DNA of 38,036 nt from Verrucomicrobiota bacterium (GTDB taxonomy: Bacteria; Verrucomicrobiota; Kiritimatiellia; UBA8416), in NCBI GenBank assembly GCA_018645275.1, contig JABGOW010000489.1, positions 1 through 38,036 of the forward strand, written 5' to 3'. Below the pieces are notes generated by a model. The model searched no databases and was not told where the DNA came from. It was given only the letters and a program-made list of their open reading frames with translations. A program made the position numbers and the translations under genes. Shown piece by piece: positions 8,819 through 20,174 of the stretch. The first letter of the stretch is position 1. Each line of letters starts with the position of its first letter.

Positions 8819-10576
8819 CAAATGCGGCAGTTTCTCTACCGCATCATTAATCTTGAGCAGCAGCCGAAACTGTCCGCCGGCCATGCGCGACCCCGTCCGC
8901 GGGGCATGCCAGGTGTACATCCCCCCTGCCCCAACAACCCTCGTGGTCCATTCAATGGCTTGGGCGGGCGGGAATGCACACTTCCCAAAATTCCACCGAT
9001 CCTGCATCCCCATGAACACGTGCCCCATGGCACCGTTGCCCGGGTCGTCAACCGGTTTCCCGTCCGGGTCCATCCACGGCCCGGCCTCGATGGCCTCGAT
9101 CATGGGCAGATTGATCATGTCCCAGAACTTGTGCTTGGATCGGGGCGTGGGATGGCCACCGAAATAGTCGCACTGCGCCGTCGAGCGATAAGGAGGACCC
9201 GCCATCCGGTTGAAGACTACAATCGAGTCGGGGTTGCCGGCCCGCACCAGCTTGCGCCACAGCAGGCGCTCCTTCGCATCCAACCCGTTGGAACCGTCAA
9301 ACCACCACCCGTGAATCCGTCTCCCGTACCGTTCGGCGTAGTACCCGACAAGAAGCTCCCCAGTGGCGTCATCGTGCGTCATCCCCAATGCCTTCACATG
9401 GCGGTCCCAGGCGGCCCTGCTTTCCTCATTTCCATGGGCGTGAAATCCTTCGGCCGCAAAATAGACAAGGGCTTTCTTGCCCGTCTTCTCGATTCCGGCC
9501 AGGACCTCTCCCAGTATATCCCGGGCCGGAAACGCGGGCTTCGACAGCTTCAGGACTTTCGCCAATTCCGGGTGCGGACCGGTAAAGTAGTTGCCATGGG
9601 CAGGCTGAGTTACGTTGACCATGACGTAGGAGGCGCTCGTCAGCCGCGAGATCTGCGCCACAAACTGGGCCACATTGAAGTGTTCCACGTCGTCGGGCTG
9701 CATCGCCGACGGGATCGACATGCGCGGCCCCCAAGTGCCTGAAAACGGCAGGGCGTTCGGCGAGGTATCGAATTCCCTGGCTGCAACGCGCTCAATCGCA
9801 CCGAGGTACGCCTGCAACTCAGCGCCCGCTAGCCTCTCCACCTTGACAATTCTATCGGTCCGTATCTTGCTCCCCGTCTCATCGTAGCGCCCCATCAAGG
9901 CCATCGTCACATAGGCATCCACGAACCCCGAGAGATCCACGTCCTCTATCGCCACCCCCGCCGATGGCAACTGGAGGCTCCCACCGCCGTCATCCTTATA
10001 GCCGACCAGCTTGAAACGCAGCAGGTCCGGGCGCGCGGTAGCATGCTTCCAACCCACGAGCTTGCCTTTGAGAGTAAACCGTTGACTCTCCTCCGCCTGA
10101 GGCGCTACCCGTGCCGACGCCGGCTCAACGCCCCCGGGCGTAGAGCGCTTCGTCTCGCCGCCGCTGGCCACGGCTTCCTGTTCGGCCACTACCTTTTTCT
10201 GAACGCACCGACTGGAGCTGGATGCCTTCCGGTTCTTCTCGAGAATCAGGAAGAAAGCAAACGCGGCGCAGAAAGCAACGGCGACAATCAATGCTATGAT
10301 GGGGCCCTTTGGACCGGCCTTCTTCTTCCCCGAAGCGACCGATCTTCTGCGGCCAGAAGCGTTGAGAGTTGAACGTTTGCCGCCCACCGCTGCGGATTGC
10401 GCCTTCGGCTCCGATGCAGGGGCAGGAGCAGGCGCGGGTTCAGGCTCAGGCACCAGGGGGGTGGCTGCTTCTACAACGAATTTTCCACCGCATCCGCCAC
10501 ATTCGACTTTTCTGCCTGTCAGGTCTTCGCCGTATTCAAGAACCGTGCTGCAGTGCGGACATGTATATCGAAACAT
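8807..10576 (-). CDS. Zn-ribbon / transmembrane / GH107-like (endo-fucanase-type) glycoside hydrolase
   Basis: Start MFRYTCPHC (10576). CPHC..CGGC ribbon, Pro/Ala linker, basic patch, TM helix [20 protein letters not shown]. Catalytic-type motifs [13 protein letters not shown] and DYFGGHP. Confidence 0.7.
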   Translation of the reverse strand: MFRYTCPHCSTVLEYGEDLTGRKVECGGCGGKFVVEAATPLVPEPEPAPAPAPASEPKAQSAAVGGKRSTLNASGRRRSVASGKKKAGPKGPIIALIVAVAFCAAFAFFLILEKNRKASSSSRCVQKKVVAEQEAVASGGETKRSTPGGVEPASARVAPQAEESQRFTLKGKLVGWKHATARPDLLRFKLVGYKDDGGGSLQLPSAGVAIEDVDLSGFVDAYVTMALMGRYDETGSKIRTDRIVKVERLAGAELQAYLGAIERVAAREFDTSPNALPFSGTWGPRMSIPSAMQPDDVEHFNVAQFVAQISRLTSASYVMVNVTQPAHGNYFTGPHPELAKVLKLSKPAFPARDILGEVLAGIEKTGKKALVYFAAEGFHAHGNEESRAAWDRHVKALGMTHDDATGELLVGYYAERYGRRIHGWWFDGSNGLDAKERLLWRKLVRAGNPDSIVVFNRMAGPPYRSTAQCDYFGGHPTPRSKHKFWDMINLPMIEAIEAGPWMDPDGKPVDDPGNGAMGHVFMGMQDRWNFGKCAFPPAQAIEWTTRVVGAGGMYTWHAPRTGSRMAGGQFRLLLKINDAVEKLPHLSPE

Positions 10577-10599
10577 AGTGATGAGTCCTGTATGTTGGT

Positions 10600-10724
10600 A
10601 TTCTGTTGTGCGTCCCCGTAAGCAACGTCGCACGGCTCGGAGCGCAAATAGAGTTTGCCACATAGCATTTGTCAAACCGCATACCTTGGGATGCAATTGA
10701 ATCCAGATTCTGTGTCAGGTTCAT
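10600..10724 (-). pseudogene. Sulfatase N-terminal fragment (about 40 aa)
   Basis: [32 protein letters not shown] carries the CxPxR signature. It lacks the preceding xxDD strand and all downstream sequence. Confidence 0.85.
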
Positions 10725-13045
10725 AATGGGAGTGGTTTCACGCCCCAGGCCTTATTGGGCTTCGGCCCGAGCCACAGTTCGAGCAATCCGCCCTTGATAA
10801 AGTCCCGATGGTAAAACCAACAGTTTTCGAGCGGGTTCCCGTTCAGTCTGGCGGACTGAATATACACATTCTCGGGCGCGTTGTTCTTCGCAACGATCCG
10901 GAAGATTTTGCCCGGATAATATCTCGGATCGAGATGGATGGTGACCTCGTCAAAGACGGGCGCGGTGATTTCATAGATGGGATCGACATCACAGCCGCCA
11001 CGCGCCTGAAAAAGGCCGATCGACATCAGAGCGCTCACGCCGCCCATCTGGCCCTGATCCTCGTCATGTCCGCCGTATCCGGAATCCGGCGTAATGCCGC
11101 CGTACGTGCGCTCGTTGACCTGCCTCACCCAGTACTGGGATAGCCAGGGTTTGCCTGCATAGTTGAACAGGTGCGCCATGCCGCAAGCCGGCTGGTTTCC
11201 GTAACTCACATACCCTTTCCCGTAGGCGCCTGCAAAATCGAACTCGCGCGATTGTTCAAAGGCGTAGTTCAACTTGTCACAGTAGGCGTCGTTGCCGCCC
11301 ATCAGATCTGCCAGCCCCTGCACATCATGAGTGGCCATCCAGGTGGTCTGCCAGCTGTTCGCCTCAACAAACCCCTTTCTGTTGGCATCCATCAACGGAT
11401 CAAACGGCGTCTTCCAGGAACCGTCCTTCATTCTCGGACGAATAAAGCCGGTCTCTTTATCAAACAGGTTCCGCCAGTTTCCGGAGCGCTTCATAAAAGT
11501 ATCGTAGAGTTCGTCCTGCCCGAGCGCCTTGGCATATTGCGCCAGCGACCAGTCCAGCATGGCATGCTCCATTGTGCGGCCAGCCGCACCGAAAGACTTC
11601 GGCGGCTCCCTCATCGGCACATACCCCAGCCGGAGAGAAAGAGCCATGTCATCGTAACCCCGGTCCATGGTGCTCCCCGGGGAGTGCCCTTTGACCATCG
11701 CCTCCAGCGCCAGCTGCTCATCAAAACCGCGAATGCCCTTCTGATAGGCCGACACCATCAGGTCCGTCAAATGACAGCCGGTCATAATCGGGCGTCGCGC
11801 GCCCGTGGTCATCGAACGAGGCAAATGCCCGCAATCCTTGTAGGCAATCAACGCTGTATTGGCAAAATCGTCCATGAGTTCCGGCCAGCCGAGTCCCCAG
11901 AGCGTATTCAGATTCCAGCGCATGATCCAAATCGCATCAAAGCTCATATACCAGAACTTCGGCTGCCCATTTTCATCAAGCGGAAGTTGACCCACAATCC
12001 GCTCTGGGCCCATCCGGTTGGGATAGGTTCCACTCACGTCATGAGTACGACGACGGCCCAATAGCGAATGCCACAGATCGGTGTAGAATTTTATCTTCTG
12101 CGGTTCCGTTCCGCCCTTCACCTCGATTTTACCAAGCCACTGGTTCCATTCATCGCGCGACTCTCTGCGCACCCGGTCAAAATCCCAATGATTCAGTTCG
12201 GTCTCCAGGTTGTTGCGCGCCTCCTTGAGATTGCACCAGGAGATGCCCGCTTTCACCAGCAGCTGATCGCCCGCCTTCACATTGAAGCGAGCAAACGTGC
12301 CCAAATCATTCCCCCTGATCGGCTCAGTCAGTGGACCAATCTCTTTGTTGCCCTGCCAGGCCTTCCATTCGGACGGGGCACGATCGAGCTGGATCACAAA
12401 GAAGAGCCGCGCCTCATTGGGCTGCGCAATTTTTGCAGCTCCGCCCCGACTGCTCTGTACAACCGAACCGCAGATCTCACGATCCGTCACACGCTCAATC
12501 CGCGCATCCAGCATGCGCTGACCGCCCAGCGCACCGCCCAGCCAGACCAGCAGATCTGCCTGCCCTGTTTGGTTAAACGTGTACCGGTGAAAGCCCACGC
12601 GGGCCGTGGACGTCAGTTCCACATCCACATCGTATCGATCCAAATGCAGCTTGTGATACCCCGCCTGAACGATCTCATCGTCATGGGAAAATTCCGACTT
12701 CCAGGCTTCCATGCCATCACACGGATTCACAGCGCCCGTCGTCGGCATCACCAGCAACCCGGCCGTATGCCAGCCATGCACATGCGTCATTCCGTAGACA
12801 TGCTTATCCTGATAGCGGTAGCCCGACTTCCATCGGCCAGTGATCGGGGCCGTCCCGGGCGACGTATCCGGGCTCAGGTTCACCAGCCCGAACGGACGGC
12901 AGGCCGTATTGAAAAAGAAGTAGCGTGACTTCGTCGACTCAATCCACGGATCGACATAATCCGCCGGTGTTTTTCCGGCTTCCGCCGCAAACCCGCCGCT
13001 AGCTAGTGCTCCCGCCAATACAGAACCCAACAATACCTTCTTCAT
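10721..13045 (-). CDS. GH92 alpha-mannosidase
   Basis: Signal peptide MKKVLLG (alternative start 13081). Motifs [38 protein letters not shown] and DEDQGQM. Confidence 0.92.
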   Translation of the reverse strand: MKKVLLGSVLAGALASGGFAAEAGKTPADYVDPWIESTKSRYFFFNTACRPFGLVNLSPDTSPGTAPITGRWKSGYRYQDKHVYGMTHVHGWHTAGLLVMPTTGAVNPCDGMEAWKSEFSHDDEIVQAGYHKLHLDRYDVDVELTSTARVGFHRYTFNQTGQADLLVWLGGALGGQRMLDARIERVTDREICGSVVQSSRGGAAKIAQPNEARLFFVIQLDRAPSEWKAWQGNKEIGPLTEPIRGNDLGTFARFNVKAGDQLLVKAGISWCNLKEARNNLETELNHWDFDRVRRESRDEWNQWLGKIEVKGGTEPQKIKFYTDLWHSLLGRRRTHDVSGTYPNRMGPERIVGQLPLDENGQPKFWYMSFDAIWIMRWNLNTLWGLGWPELMDDFANTALIAYKDCGHLPRSMTTGARRPIMTGCHLTDLMVSAYQKGIRGFDEQLALEAMVKGHSPGSTMDRGYDDMALSLRLGYVPMREPPKSFGAAGRTMEHAMLDWSLAQYAKALGQDELYDTFMKRSGNWRNLFDKETGFIRPRMKDGSWKTPFDPLMDANRKGFVEANSWQTTWMATHDVQGLADLMGGNDAYCDKLNYAFEQSREFDFAGAYGKGYVSYGNQPACGMAHLFNYAGKPWLSQYWVRQVNERTYGGITPDSGYGGHDEDQGQMGGVSALMSIGLFQARGGCDVDPIYEITAPVFDEVTIHLDPRYYPGKIFRIVAKNNAPENVYIQSARLNGNPLENCWFYHRDFIKGGLLELWLGPKPNKAWGVKPLPL

Positions 13046-13105
13046 CAGATATAGCCCTCTATCGCTAATGGGTTCTGTCAAATTTCATAGCCCTGTCTTG
13101 TTATC

Positions 13106-16100
13106 CTACTCAATGTTTATGGGAGTTTCCGAAGGCGGCAGCTCCTTAACGCCCCACGCTTTGTTGGGTTTCGGCCCCATTTGAAGAACAAGTGAACCGC
13201 CTTTCAGCAATTCGCTGGCGGGAAACCAGAACGCATTCCATACGTTTCCGTTGAGCTTGGCGCTCTGGATATATTTGTTCTTATGGGATACATCTTTAGC
13301 CTCAATGGTAAAACTCTTCCCCCGCCCATAGCGCTGTCCAAGATCAATCGTCACTTTGGGAAAGAGCGGACTCCCGATCTCGTAGATGGGGTCAACCCGG
13401 CAGCCGCCATCGATCTGGAACAGACCGAGCGCACTCATCACAAACCAGGCGCTCATCTGCCCCTGATCCTCATCGCCCAGATAGGCATCGGAGACACCGC
13501 GGCCATAATAACGATCCATGATGGAGCGCGACCATTTCTGCGTGAGCCAGGGCTTGCCCGCCCAGTTGAAGAGATAGGCAAAATGCATCGCCTGCTGATT
13601 GCCCTGCACCACCGGATAATCCCAATACTGATCACGCGGCGCATTGAAACGGAACGCCTCGGATTGAGCGAACCCCCACTCCAGCCGCTCCAGAAAGCGG
13701 TCACGACCAATGGACTCGATCAGGGCGGGCACATCCTGTGGCACAAAATAGGTCAACTGCCATGCACTGCCTTCTGTATATTCGCGGTTTGCTCCGTCAC
13801 GGACCGGATCAAAATTCGCCTTCCAGTTGCCTTTGCTGTCCTTCAGGCGCGAATAGCCTGTCTCCTTGTCTATCACATTTTTCCACCAGTAGCCGCGCTC
13901 ATTGAACTGTTTGTATTCGGTATCTTTACCGAGTGCCTTGGCAAACTGCCCGACGGTCCAGTCGTCGTATGAATATTCCATCGAGTTTGAAAACTTGCCC
14001 TTATCATGCGGCACATAGCCGTGAGCCAGGTAGGCGTCCAGGTCCCGGTTTCCGGCCAGACCATTACCGATCTTCTCAGCAGGTGTGGTCTGCATTTTAA
14101 CGACCGACTCAAACGCTAGATCGACATCATAGTCCCGTATTCCCATCTGATAGGCCCCAACGATCATCGGGATCTCATGCTCGGCGACCATGACCGGAAT
14201 ATACTCCATCCCGGCAGGTCCTTTCGCCAGCCAGCCGTTTGCACGGTACATCGCCAGCTGAGAACGCACCCAGCGGCTGCTCCATTCCGGCGTAGCCAGA
14301 TTCCAGAACGGATTCAGGTTCCAGAAGGTGTTCCAAAAGGCGTCACATCCCAGCGCCACATCCCCCGTTCCAGGAAGTTGCTGCGTTTTCTCCGTGGGAT
14401 CCGTCCACTGCCCGTTCACATCGCTGAATATATTGCGGCTGGCCAAAGCGCGATACATATTGCTGTAGAACCGGATCTTTTCGCCCCGGTCGTTTGTTGA
14501 AATCTGCAGCCGTCCTAAAAGCTCGTGCCACGCCTGCCGGTTATGATTCCTGACCGCCTCGAAGTCCCAGCCGAACGGCTTGACGACCTCGGTTTCCAGA
14601 TTCAGGGCCGCGTTTTCAATGCTGACGAAGGAGATTGCGCTTCGGACCTGCACCACCCGATTCTCGGACGTGTCGAACTCGGCAAACGCACCCACCGCAT
14701 TCACCCCGCCACATTCAAGAAAATCGACATGATGCACCTTCTCGTTTTCCCAGATCCCGAATGTTGCAATGGGGCGATCAAACTCGATCACAAAGTGAAC
14801 GGTATACTCCTGCCTGCAGCCTCCCCATGCGCTTGCACTATGGCGGCTGAATCCCTCGATACGGTGGTCGCTCACCTTTTCAATCTTTACGCCTTCAATG
14901 CGATAGTTGTTCTCCGCCGGAATCTTTAAATCGACCATGACCCGCGACTGATTATTGTCGGAAAAGGTGTGCCGCTGAAATCCGCAGCGCGTTGTCGCCG
15001 TCAACTCGGCCTTGATGTTGTAATCCGTCAGCATCACCTCGTAGTGACCGAGCGGCGCTTTTTCGGAGGCCTTATCAATCTCCGATCGATATCCGTCCTC
15101 GGGACAGTGCTCGCCCCCCATCACCGTTTCCAGCTTGCCCGCCGTCGGCATAATTCCCAGCCCGCCCAACGTCCATTCATGCACATGGGAGAACGTTCCG
15201 ATGTTTTCAATACTCGGCTCGTATCCGGCCTGCCATCCGCCATTCTGATTATCCGGGCTTAGCTTCACCATACTGAACGGCATCCACGGTCCGGGGGCGA
15301 TCATCCAGCGGGAGTGCCCCGTCCCGATCAGGGTATCGACGTAATCCGCCGGAGTCTGCAGCGGAGCGGACGCGCGCTCCACCGTCCCGGCCCGCACGGT
15401 TTTGCCGTCGAGCCTGATCTCATAGGATCCCGTCCGGGCTTTGGAAACCGCCGGCATCGGCGCCTCAAAAACAGAGTCCCCCTCTTCCAGCACGGAAGAA
15501 AAGATCTGTTTTCCGTCCAGCAGGACCGACAGTTCCGGCTCGCCTTCCAGATGCTCGACATGAACCAGCAACGGCTGCGTCTTTTTCGACAATCCGGCGG
15601 TCATCTCATAGTCCGCCGGCACCACGCTGCGCACAAAGGCCTTTTTCGGTTTTGTCAGCACCGCCTTTTCGGAACAGTGCAGACTGACCTGGTCAAACGT
15701 CACCCAGGAACCCCGCAGAATAGTCAGGTTCACTTCATTTCCGCCGCAATGCAGCATGCCCGCTTCCACTGGAAACTCCATGATACGCTGCTTTTGATTG
15801 TCGGGCCTTTTCAACGAACCTTTACTCTTCGGGATGTATTCCTTCCAGGAATGGCCGTTCACTGTGACCTTGAGCAGGGTGTCTTCCTCCGAATCGTTGC
15901 CGCTCAGCGCAACCCGCAGTTTCCATTGGGCGGCGACCGGCTCTTCTGCCAGCCCGAACAGGATGTTGAGCACATGCGTCCGCCATCCCGAGGTCCCCCA
16001 TGTTCCGCCCCACGTGCTGGAAGCACCCGGCAAGGTGTAAGGAAAATCTTTTTCGGGTGTGTGATGCCCGATCAGGTAGAAACGGTTTTCCCAACCGAAA

Positions 16101-16321
16101 TCGTGTTTTAGAAACTCCTCATATTGATCGGGAGCCAGCGCGAAATCGCCCGATTCCCCGTCCAGCCGGCCGATCTCCCAGACGGGCTTGTCGTTGGAAG
16201 GTTCTGTAACCGTATAAACCGGAGGCCGGTTCCGGATAACAAACTTGCTGAATCCGCCGCCCTGGACCGCGCCACCGAACAGTAACGCCAGCCCGAATTG
16301 CACCCATACCCGTTTATTCAT
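13106..16321 (-). CDS. GH92 alpha-mannosidase with an N-terminal accessory beta-domain
   Basis: Signal peptide and an N-terminal extension of about 320 aa. Motifs YVDTLIGT, PFSMVKLSPDN, YTEGSAWQ, QGNQQ and DEDQGQMSAW. Confidence 0.92.
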   Translation of the reverse strand: MNKRVWVQFGLALLFGGAVQGGGFSKFVIRNRPPVYTVTEPSNDKPVWEIGRLDGESGDFALAPDQYEEFLKHDFGWENRFYLIGHHTPEKDFPYTLPGASSTWGGTWGTSGWRTHVLNILFGLAEEPVAAQWKLRVALSGNDSEEDTLLKVTVNGHSWKEYIPKSKGSLKRPDNQKQRIMEFPVEAGMLHCGGNEVNLTILRGSWVTFDQVSLHCSEKAVLTKPKKAFVRSVVPADYEMTAGLSKKTQPLLVHVEHLEGEPELSVLLDGKQIFSSVLEEGDSVFEAPMPAVSKARTGSYEIRLDGKTVRAGTVERASAPLQTPADYVDTLIGTGHSRWMIAPGPWMPFSMVKLSPDNQNGGWQAGYEPSIENIGTFSHVHEWTLGGLGIMPTAGKLETVMGGEHCPEDGYRSEIDKASEKAPLGHYEVMLTDYNIKAELTATTRCGFQRHTFSDNNQSRVMVDLKIPAENNYRIEGVKIEKVSDHRIEGFSRHSASAWGGCRQEYTVHFVIEFDRPIATFGIWENEKVHHVDFLECGGVNAVGAFAEFDTSENRVVQVRSAISFVSIENAALNLETEVVKPFGWDFEAVRNHNRQAWHELLGRLQISTNDRGEKIRFYSNMYRALASRNIFSDVNGQWTDPTEKTQQLPGTGDVALGCDAFWNTFWNLNPFWNLATPEWSSRWVRSQLAMYRANGWLAKGPAGMEYIPVMVAEHEIPMIVGAYQMGIRDYDVDLAFESVVKMQTTPAEKIGNGLAGNRDLDAYLAHGYVPHDKGKFSNSMEYSYDDWTVGQFAKALGKDTEYKQFNERGYWWKNVIDKETGYSRLKDSKGNWKANFDPVRDGANREYTEGSAWQLTYFVPQDVPALIESIGRDRFLERLEWGFAQSEAFRFNAPRDQYWDYPVVQGNQQAMHFAYLFNWAGKPWLTQKWSRSIMDRYYGRGVSDAYLGDEDQGQMSAWFVMSALGLFQIDGGCRVDPIYEIGSPLFPKVTIDLGQRYGRGKSFTIEAKDVSHKNKYIQSAKLNGNVWNAFWFPASELLKGGSLVLQMGPKPNKAWGVKELPPSETPINIE

Positions 16322-16340
16322 TCTTCACTCTCTCTATATC

Positions 16341-16580
16341 CTATTGAAATTCACTCTCGGCTATCTGGACCGAGTTGGCGTTTTTCACATCGCGAACGGC
16401 GGTGATATTCAGACGATAGAATCGATACGCCTTCTTGTTATTCGTACTGAAAACGCGCTTCTGATAGCGCCCGGCCCACAACTCGCCGGTGCGGCGGTCG
16501 AGCGTCGTCCATTCTTTGCCGTCGTTCGACCGAGCAGCGGCCAATCATTGGGGTTCCCTATCAGGCCGTTCCTGTCCGTA
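16341..16580 (-). pseudogene. Frameshifted F5/8 type C (discoidin-like) domain fragment
   Basis: The pieces ERPDR, PNDWPLLG and SNDGKEWTTLDRR...YRFYRLNITA...VQIAE fall in three frames. Together they rebuild the usual RDPxDWxLxGSNDG...YRxYRL..IAE pattern. Overlaps the MFS 3' end. Confidence 0.7.
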
Positions 16581-17984
16581 GTACGTCCGCTCAATCTCTT
16601 CAAGCGAACGGCCCGCCGTCTCAGGCATAACCTTCCATACCATGAAGATCTGCGGCACGAGGATGGCTGCAAAGATCAGGAATGTTCCGGTCGGCCCGAC
16701 CCCTTCGCGCAATGCCGGGGTGAATTGTCCCACAATCGTGTCGGTCAGCCACATCGTCAGGATCGCAATCGACATGGCGTGCGAGCGGATGTTGGTCGGG
16801 AAGATTTCAGACGCGAAGATGAACTTAATCGGGCCCAGCGAGAAGGCGAAGAACGCCACGAACGCGCACATCAGCACAATGAGCATGTTGCTCGCACCAC
16901 TGCCGAATGTCGTCCCAATGCCCACGAGGCAGGCGATCGCGCCGATCGTGCCAATCTGAAGCAGCAGGCGGCGTCCCAACTTATCCACGTATTTCATGGC
17001 GACAACCGTGAAGATCATGTTGAAGAAACCGATGATCGCCATGCCGCTCAGAGCGCTGTCCGACTTGAAGCCGGCACCTTCCAACATCGAGGTCCCGTAG
17101 TAGAATACCACGTTGATTCCACTGAACTGCGCGAAGGCAGCCAGTAGCATAGCGATGATCAACGGCTTGCGATAGCGTTTGTGGAAAACATCCACGAACC
17201 GTTTCTCGTTGGCGCTCTCTTCAGCCACAGTTTCCCGGATCGTTTCGAACTCCTGGTCGGCCCCGTTCCGGAAGATGCGGTTCAGCACTTTCTTTGCTCT
17301 CTCGTGTTTACCTGCCTTTATCAACCAGCGGGGACTCTCAGGAAGCATGAACGCCAGGACCAGGTACACGAGACCGGGGATCAGTTCCGAGCCGAACATC
17401 GCACGCCAGGTCTCATCGACCAGGAAGTGTTTCATGAAGCTGCCTTCACGTGCCGTCTCGCTCATGGCCAGGGCCCACTGATGCAGCCCGAAATTATTAA
17501 ACAAAGCAATCATGATGCCGATCGTGATCGCAAACTGGAACACCGTCACTAGCCGGCCGCGCAGGTGGGTAGGTGAGATTTCCGAGATGTACAGCGGGCA
17601 GACCATGGCGGAAATACCGACACCCAGGCCGCCGATCCAGCGTGCAAACACAAGAAACTCAATGCTGTTGGCAAGGGAGCTGCCAAGGGCTGAAACCCAA
17701 AGCAGGACAGCAGCTACCACGAGGTTACGGCTTCGACCGAACTTGTCACTCAGCCAGCCGGCTATACCTGATCCAATCACCGCACCCAGCAGGCCGGAGC
17801 TCACAAAAAAGCCCTCCCATCCGGGCGTCAGCGCAAACTTCAGCTTAACAGGGGTAATGGTACCCGAGATTACGATCGCATCAAACCCCCACAACAAGCC
17901 ACCGAGCGCGGATGCCACGCAGATAAAGAGCAGGAACGGCAGGTGTGATTTATGTATTTCGTGGTGTTTCGATTCGTCGCGCAT
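16545..17984 (-). CDS. Sugar porter family MFS transporter
   Basis: GGLLWGFD, DKFGR, PLYISEISP, PESPRWL, DKLGRR, SEIFP and PETAGRSLEEI motifs, about 12 hydrophobic segments, AGGAGG RBS. Confidence 0.95.
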   Translation of the reverse strand: MRDESKHHEIHKSHLPFLLFICVASALGGLLWGFDAIVISGTITPVKLKFALTPGWEGFFVSSGLLGAVIGSGIAGWLSDKFGRSRNLVVAAVLLWVSALGSSLANSIEFLVFARWIGGLGVGISAMVCPLYISEISPTHLRGRLVTVFQFAITIGIMIALFNNFGLHQWALAMSETAREGSFMKHFLVDETWRAMFGSELIPGLVYLVLAFMLPESPRWLIKAGKHERAKKVLNRIFRNGADQEFETIRETVAEESANEKRFVDVFHKRYRKPLIIAMLLAAFAQFSGINVVFYYGTSMLEGAGFKSDSALSGMAIIGFFNMIFTVVAMKYVDKLGRRLLLQIGTIGAIACLVGIGTTFGSGASNMLIVLMCAFVAFFAFSLGPIKFIFASEIFPTNIRSHAMSIAILTMWLTDTIVGQFTPALREGVGPTGTFLIFAAILVPQIFMVWKVMPETAGRSLEEIERTYYGQERPDREPQ

Positions 17985-18020
17985 TGCGTCCTCCTTTAGT
18001 TTGCCTATATTCCTTTTGAT

Positions 18021-18971
18021 TCAATTCCTTGCAGCCGTATAGAAGAGTGCACCGGCACCGATCAGACCAGCATTGTCCGGATGCTCCGCCTTTACGATTG
18101 ACACCTGTCCCTCTTCAGCCCACGCCAGTTCAGACACGATGTCGCGAAAACGCTGAAGCACCGGTTCGGGCTCGTTCATGATCCCGCCGCCCACGATGAT
18201 ACGCTCAGGATCGAAGAGATGTATAAAGGAAACCAGGGCCTCACCCCAGAACTGAAGGCAATGATCCAGCACATCTCTTGCACAGCCATCACCCTCGGCT
18301 GCATGCTTCATTACTTCGCGGTATCCGAGACTTTCAAGACCGTTAAGGCTGCTTTCCCCGTACTGGGCATGCTCCTGCACAAGAATCGGCAGCACCCATC
18401 CTGATGCCTCACTCTCGAGACACCCCACGCCACCGCAGGTGCATTTCCGTCCACCGGATCGCACCAGCATATGCCCGCCAAGGTTTCCGCCAGTAAAGTG
18501 TGGGCCGGTCAGCGGCTTGCCCTCAGAAATAACCGCGGTTCCGATTCCCGTACCGATCGTTACCATCACCAGGTTGCCCGAGCCACGACCGGCACCGTAA
18601 CGCCACTCACCAATCAGCGCGCCACGCGCATCGTTGTCCATGCGCAGCTCCAGCCCAGTCCTGTTGCGCGACCAGGCTCTGAAATCAAACCCAACGGCAT
18701 CGTCGTACTTGCCGTTGGTCGACAGAACCCGCATCTCGCGGTTGTTCACCAGCCCGGTGCTCAACAGACCGATGCCATCGCAGGCTTCCAGCGCAGTTCC
18801 CTGCCCGGGACACAGCTTCCCCAGGTGCTCAAGGATCTCATCCAAATGCCCCTCAAGCGAACCTTGGGCGTCCGCCGGGCAGCTGGACGCGCAGATCACC
18901 TCACCCTCGTCCATCAGGCCAAATTTTGTACGGGTTCCCCCCAGATCAATCACGGCAACGGGCATCCTCAT
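18021..18971 (-). CDS. ROK family sugar kinase
   Basis: DLGGT, NDARG, TIGTGIG and CTCGGVGCLE. No N-terminal HTH. ATGA overlap with the upstream gene. Confidence 0.9.
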   Translation of the reverse strand: MRMPVAVIDLGGTRTKFGLMDEGEVICASSCPADAQGSLEGHLDEILEHLGKLCPGQGTALEACDGIGLLSTGLVNNREMRVLSTNGKYDDAVGFDFRAWSRNRTGLELRMDNDARGALIGEWRYGAGRGSGNLVMVTIGTGIGTAVISEGKPLTGPHFTGGNLGGHMLVRSGGRKCTCGGVGCLESEASGWVLPILVQEHAQYGESSLNGLESLGYREVMKHAAEGDGCARDVLDHCLQFWGEALVSFIHLFDPERIIVGGGIMNEPEPVLQRFRDIVSELAWAEEGQVSIVKAEHPDNAGLIGAGALFYTAARN

Positions 18972-20014
18972 GCCCTCCCATCGGCTTTGCTTGTACTAAC
19001 GTCCACTTGAGCTGCCTCGGCCATCGCCGCGACATTCTCAGGCGGAATGTCAGGCAGCAGTGCCTCATGGCTTGGGCTGATGATCAAGCTGGGGCCCAAT
19101 AGTTCCTGTACACGACTCACTTCCTCACGCACCTGATCCGGTGTTCCGTTTACCAGGAGATCCTGTGTATCAATGCCGCCCATAAACGCGATACGACCCT
19201 TGAAATCACGTGCCAGGGTCTCGGCATCCATGTTGGCGGCTTTGGCTTGGAGCGGGTGCAGACAGTCGACACCGGCATCGATCAGCCGGTCAATCACCTC
19301 GTGGACTGATCCGCAGGAGTGCAGAACGACCTGGTGGCCGTGCCTGTGTCCCTGTTCCGTGAACTTCTCAAACCACGGCAAGATGAACTCATCAAACTGG
19401 ACCGGCCCGCAGATCAGGCCTTGCTGAGTTCCAAAATCGTTACCGAAAAAGAAAGCATCGATCAAATTGCCGGCCGCCTGGAAGAAACGTTCGTTGGCTT
19501 CAAGGAAGAACTCGCAGGCACGATTGGTAATTGCGTGGATAACCTCCGGGTGGGTGTACATCTTAACCAGGTACTCCTCCATCCCGACAATATCCATTAT
19601 CTTGTGGTAGAAGTCTGTCCAGTAGCCGCTCATACGGTAGACATCTCCCGTATTCCGCAGCGCTTCCAGGCATGGCTCAATGTTGAGGTAATCAGGATTA
19701 GGCCACGGGTAGCGTTCGACATCGGAAACGGTCTCGGCATCCGCCAGTGGTCCACGACTCGCGTGCGCTTCGCACGTACCGGCAGTACTGAACATTGGAA
19801 GTCCATCGGGATGCTGGTAGGCATTCTCGAACTTCCCGGGACGAATCCACACCAGGTCGTCGCCGACTTTCTTCTGCAACTCGAGCTCGGATGCTGTTCC
19901 GAAATGCTCGTGCATAATCGGCCACATATCCGCGTGCGGATTACCCATCCAGAATCCGCAGCGCTCAACGGCCTCGCCCGAAATCAACCGCCGAATCATA
20001 TCTCGTTTATGCAT
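18968..20014 (-). CDS. Uroporphyrinogen decarboxylase / MtaA-CmuA superfamily protein of unknown function
   Basis: Start MHKRDM (20014). Motifs YPWP, GMEEYL, GNDFGTQQGL, LHSCG, FMGGIDTQ, GTPDQV and SPSHE. Confidence 0.85.
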   Translation of the reverse strand: MHKRDMIRRLISGEAVERCGFWMGNPHADMWPIMHEHFGTASELELQKKVGDDLVWIRPGKFENAYQHPDGLPMFSTAGTCEAHASRGPLADAETVSDVERYPWPNPDYLNIEPCLEALRNTGDVYRMSGYWTDFYHKIMDIVGMEEYLVKMYTHPEVIHAITNRACEFFLEANERFFQAAGNLIDAFFFGNDFGTQQGLICGPVQFDEFILPWFEKFTEQGHRHGHQVVLHSCGSVHEVIDRLIDAGVDCLHPLQAKAANMDAETLARDFKGRIAFMGGIDTQDLLVNGTPDQVREEVSRVQELLGPSLIISPSHEALLPDIPPENVAAMAEAAQVDVSTSKADGRA

Positions 20015-20174
20015 TTCTATAATCCCCTGATGACGCTTCCGTGTGCTGGTATTGTTGAAATTGAGCTGTGCGGCATATGATAATAAGGGGGGGGGCGGGA
20101 ATGCACGCATCTATTCCCTGATCTTGTGGTACTAAACCAGTTGTATTATTTCACCCCTGTGGTACAGTTACGGC

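Noticed and set aside
4618-9742. Long plus-strand ORFs 4618..5943, 6754..8397 and 8552..9742
   Set aside because: Antisense shadows of well-supported genes, expected with GC-rich codon usage. No motifs or RBS.
11171-17147. Plus-strand ORFs of 200-300 aa over the GH92 and MFS genes
   Set aside because: Antisense shadows with no recognisable family.
18968-20014. Calling this gene hemE
   Set aside because: No recognisable HemE RQAGR motif, and the context is sugar catabolism.
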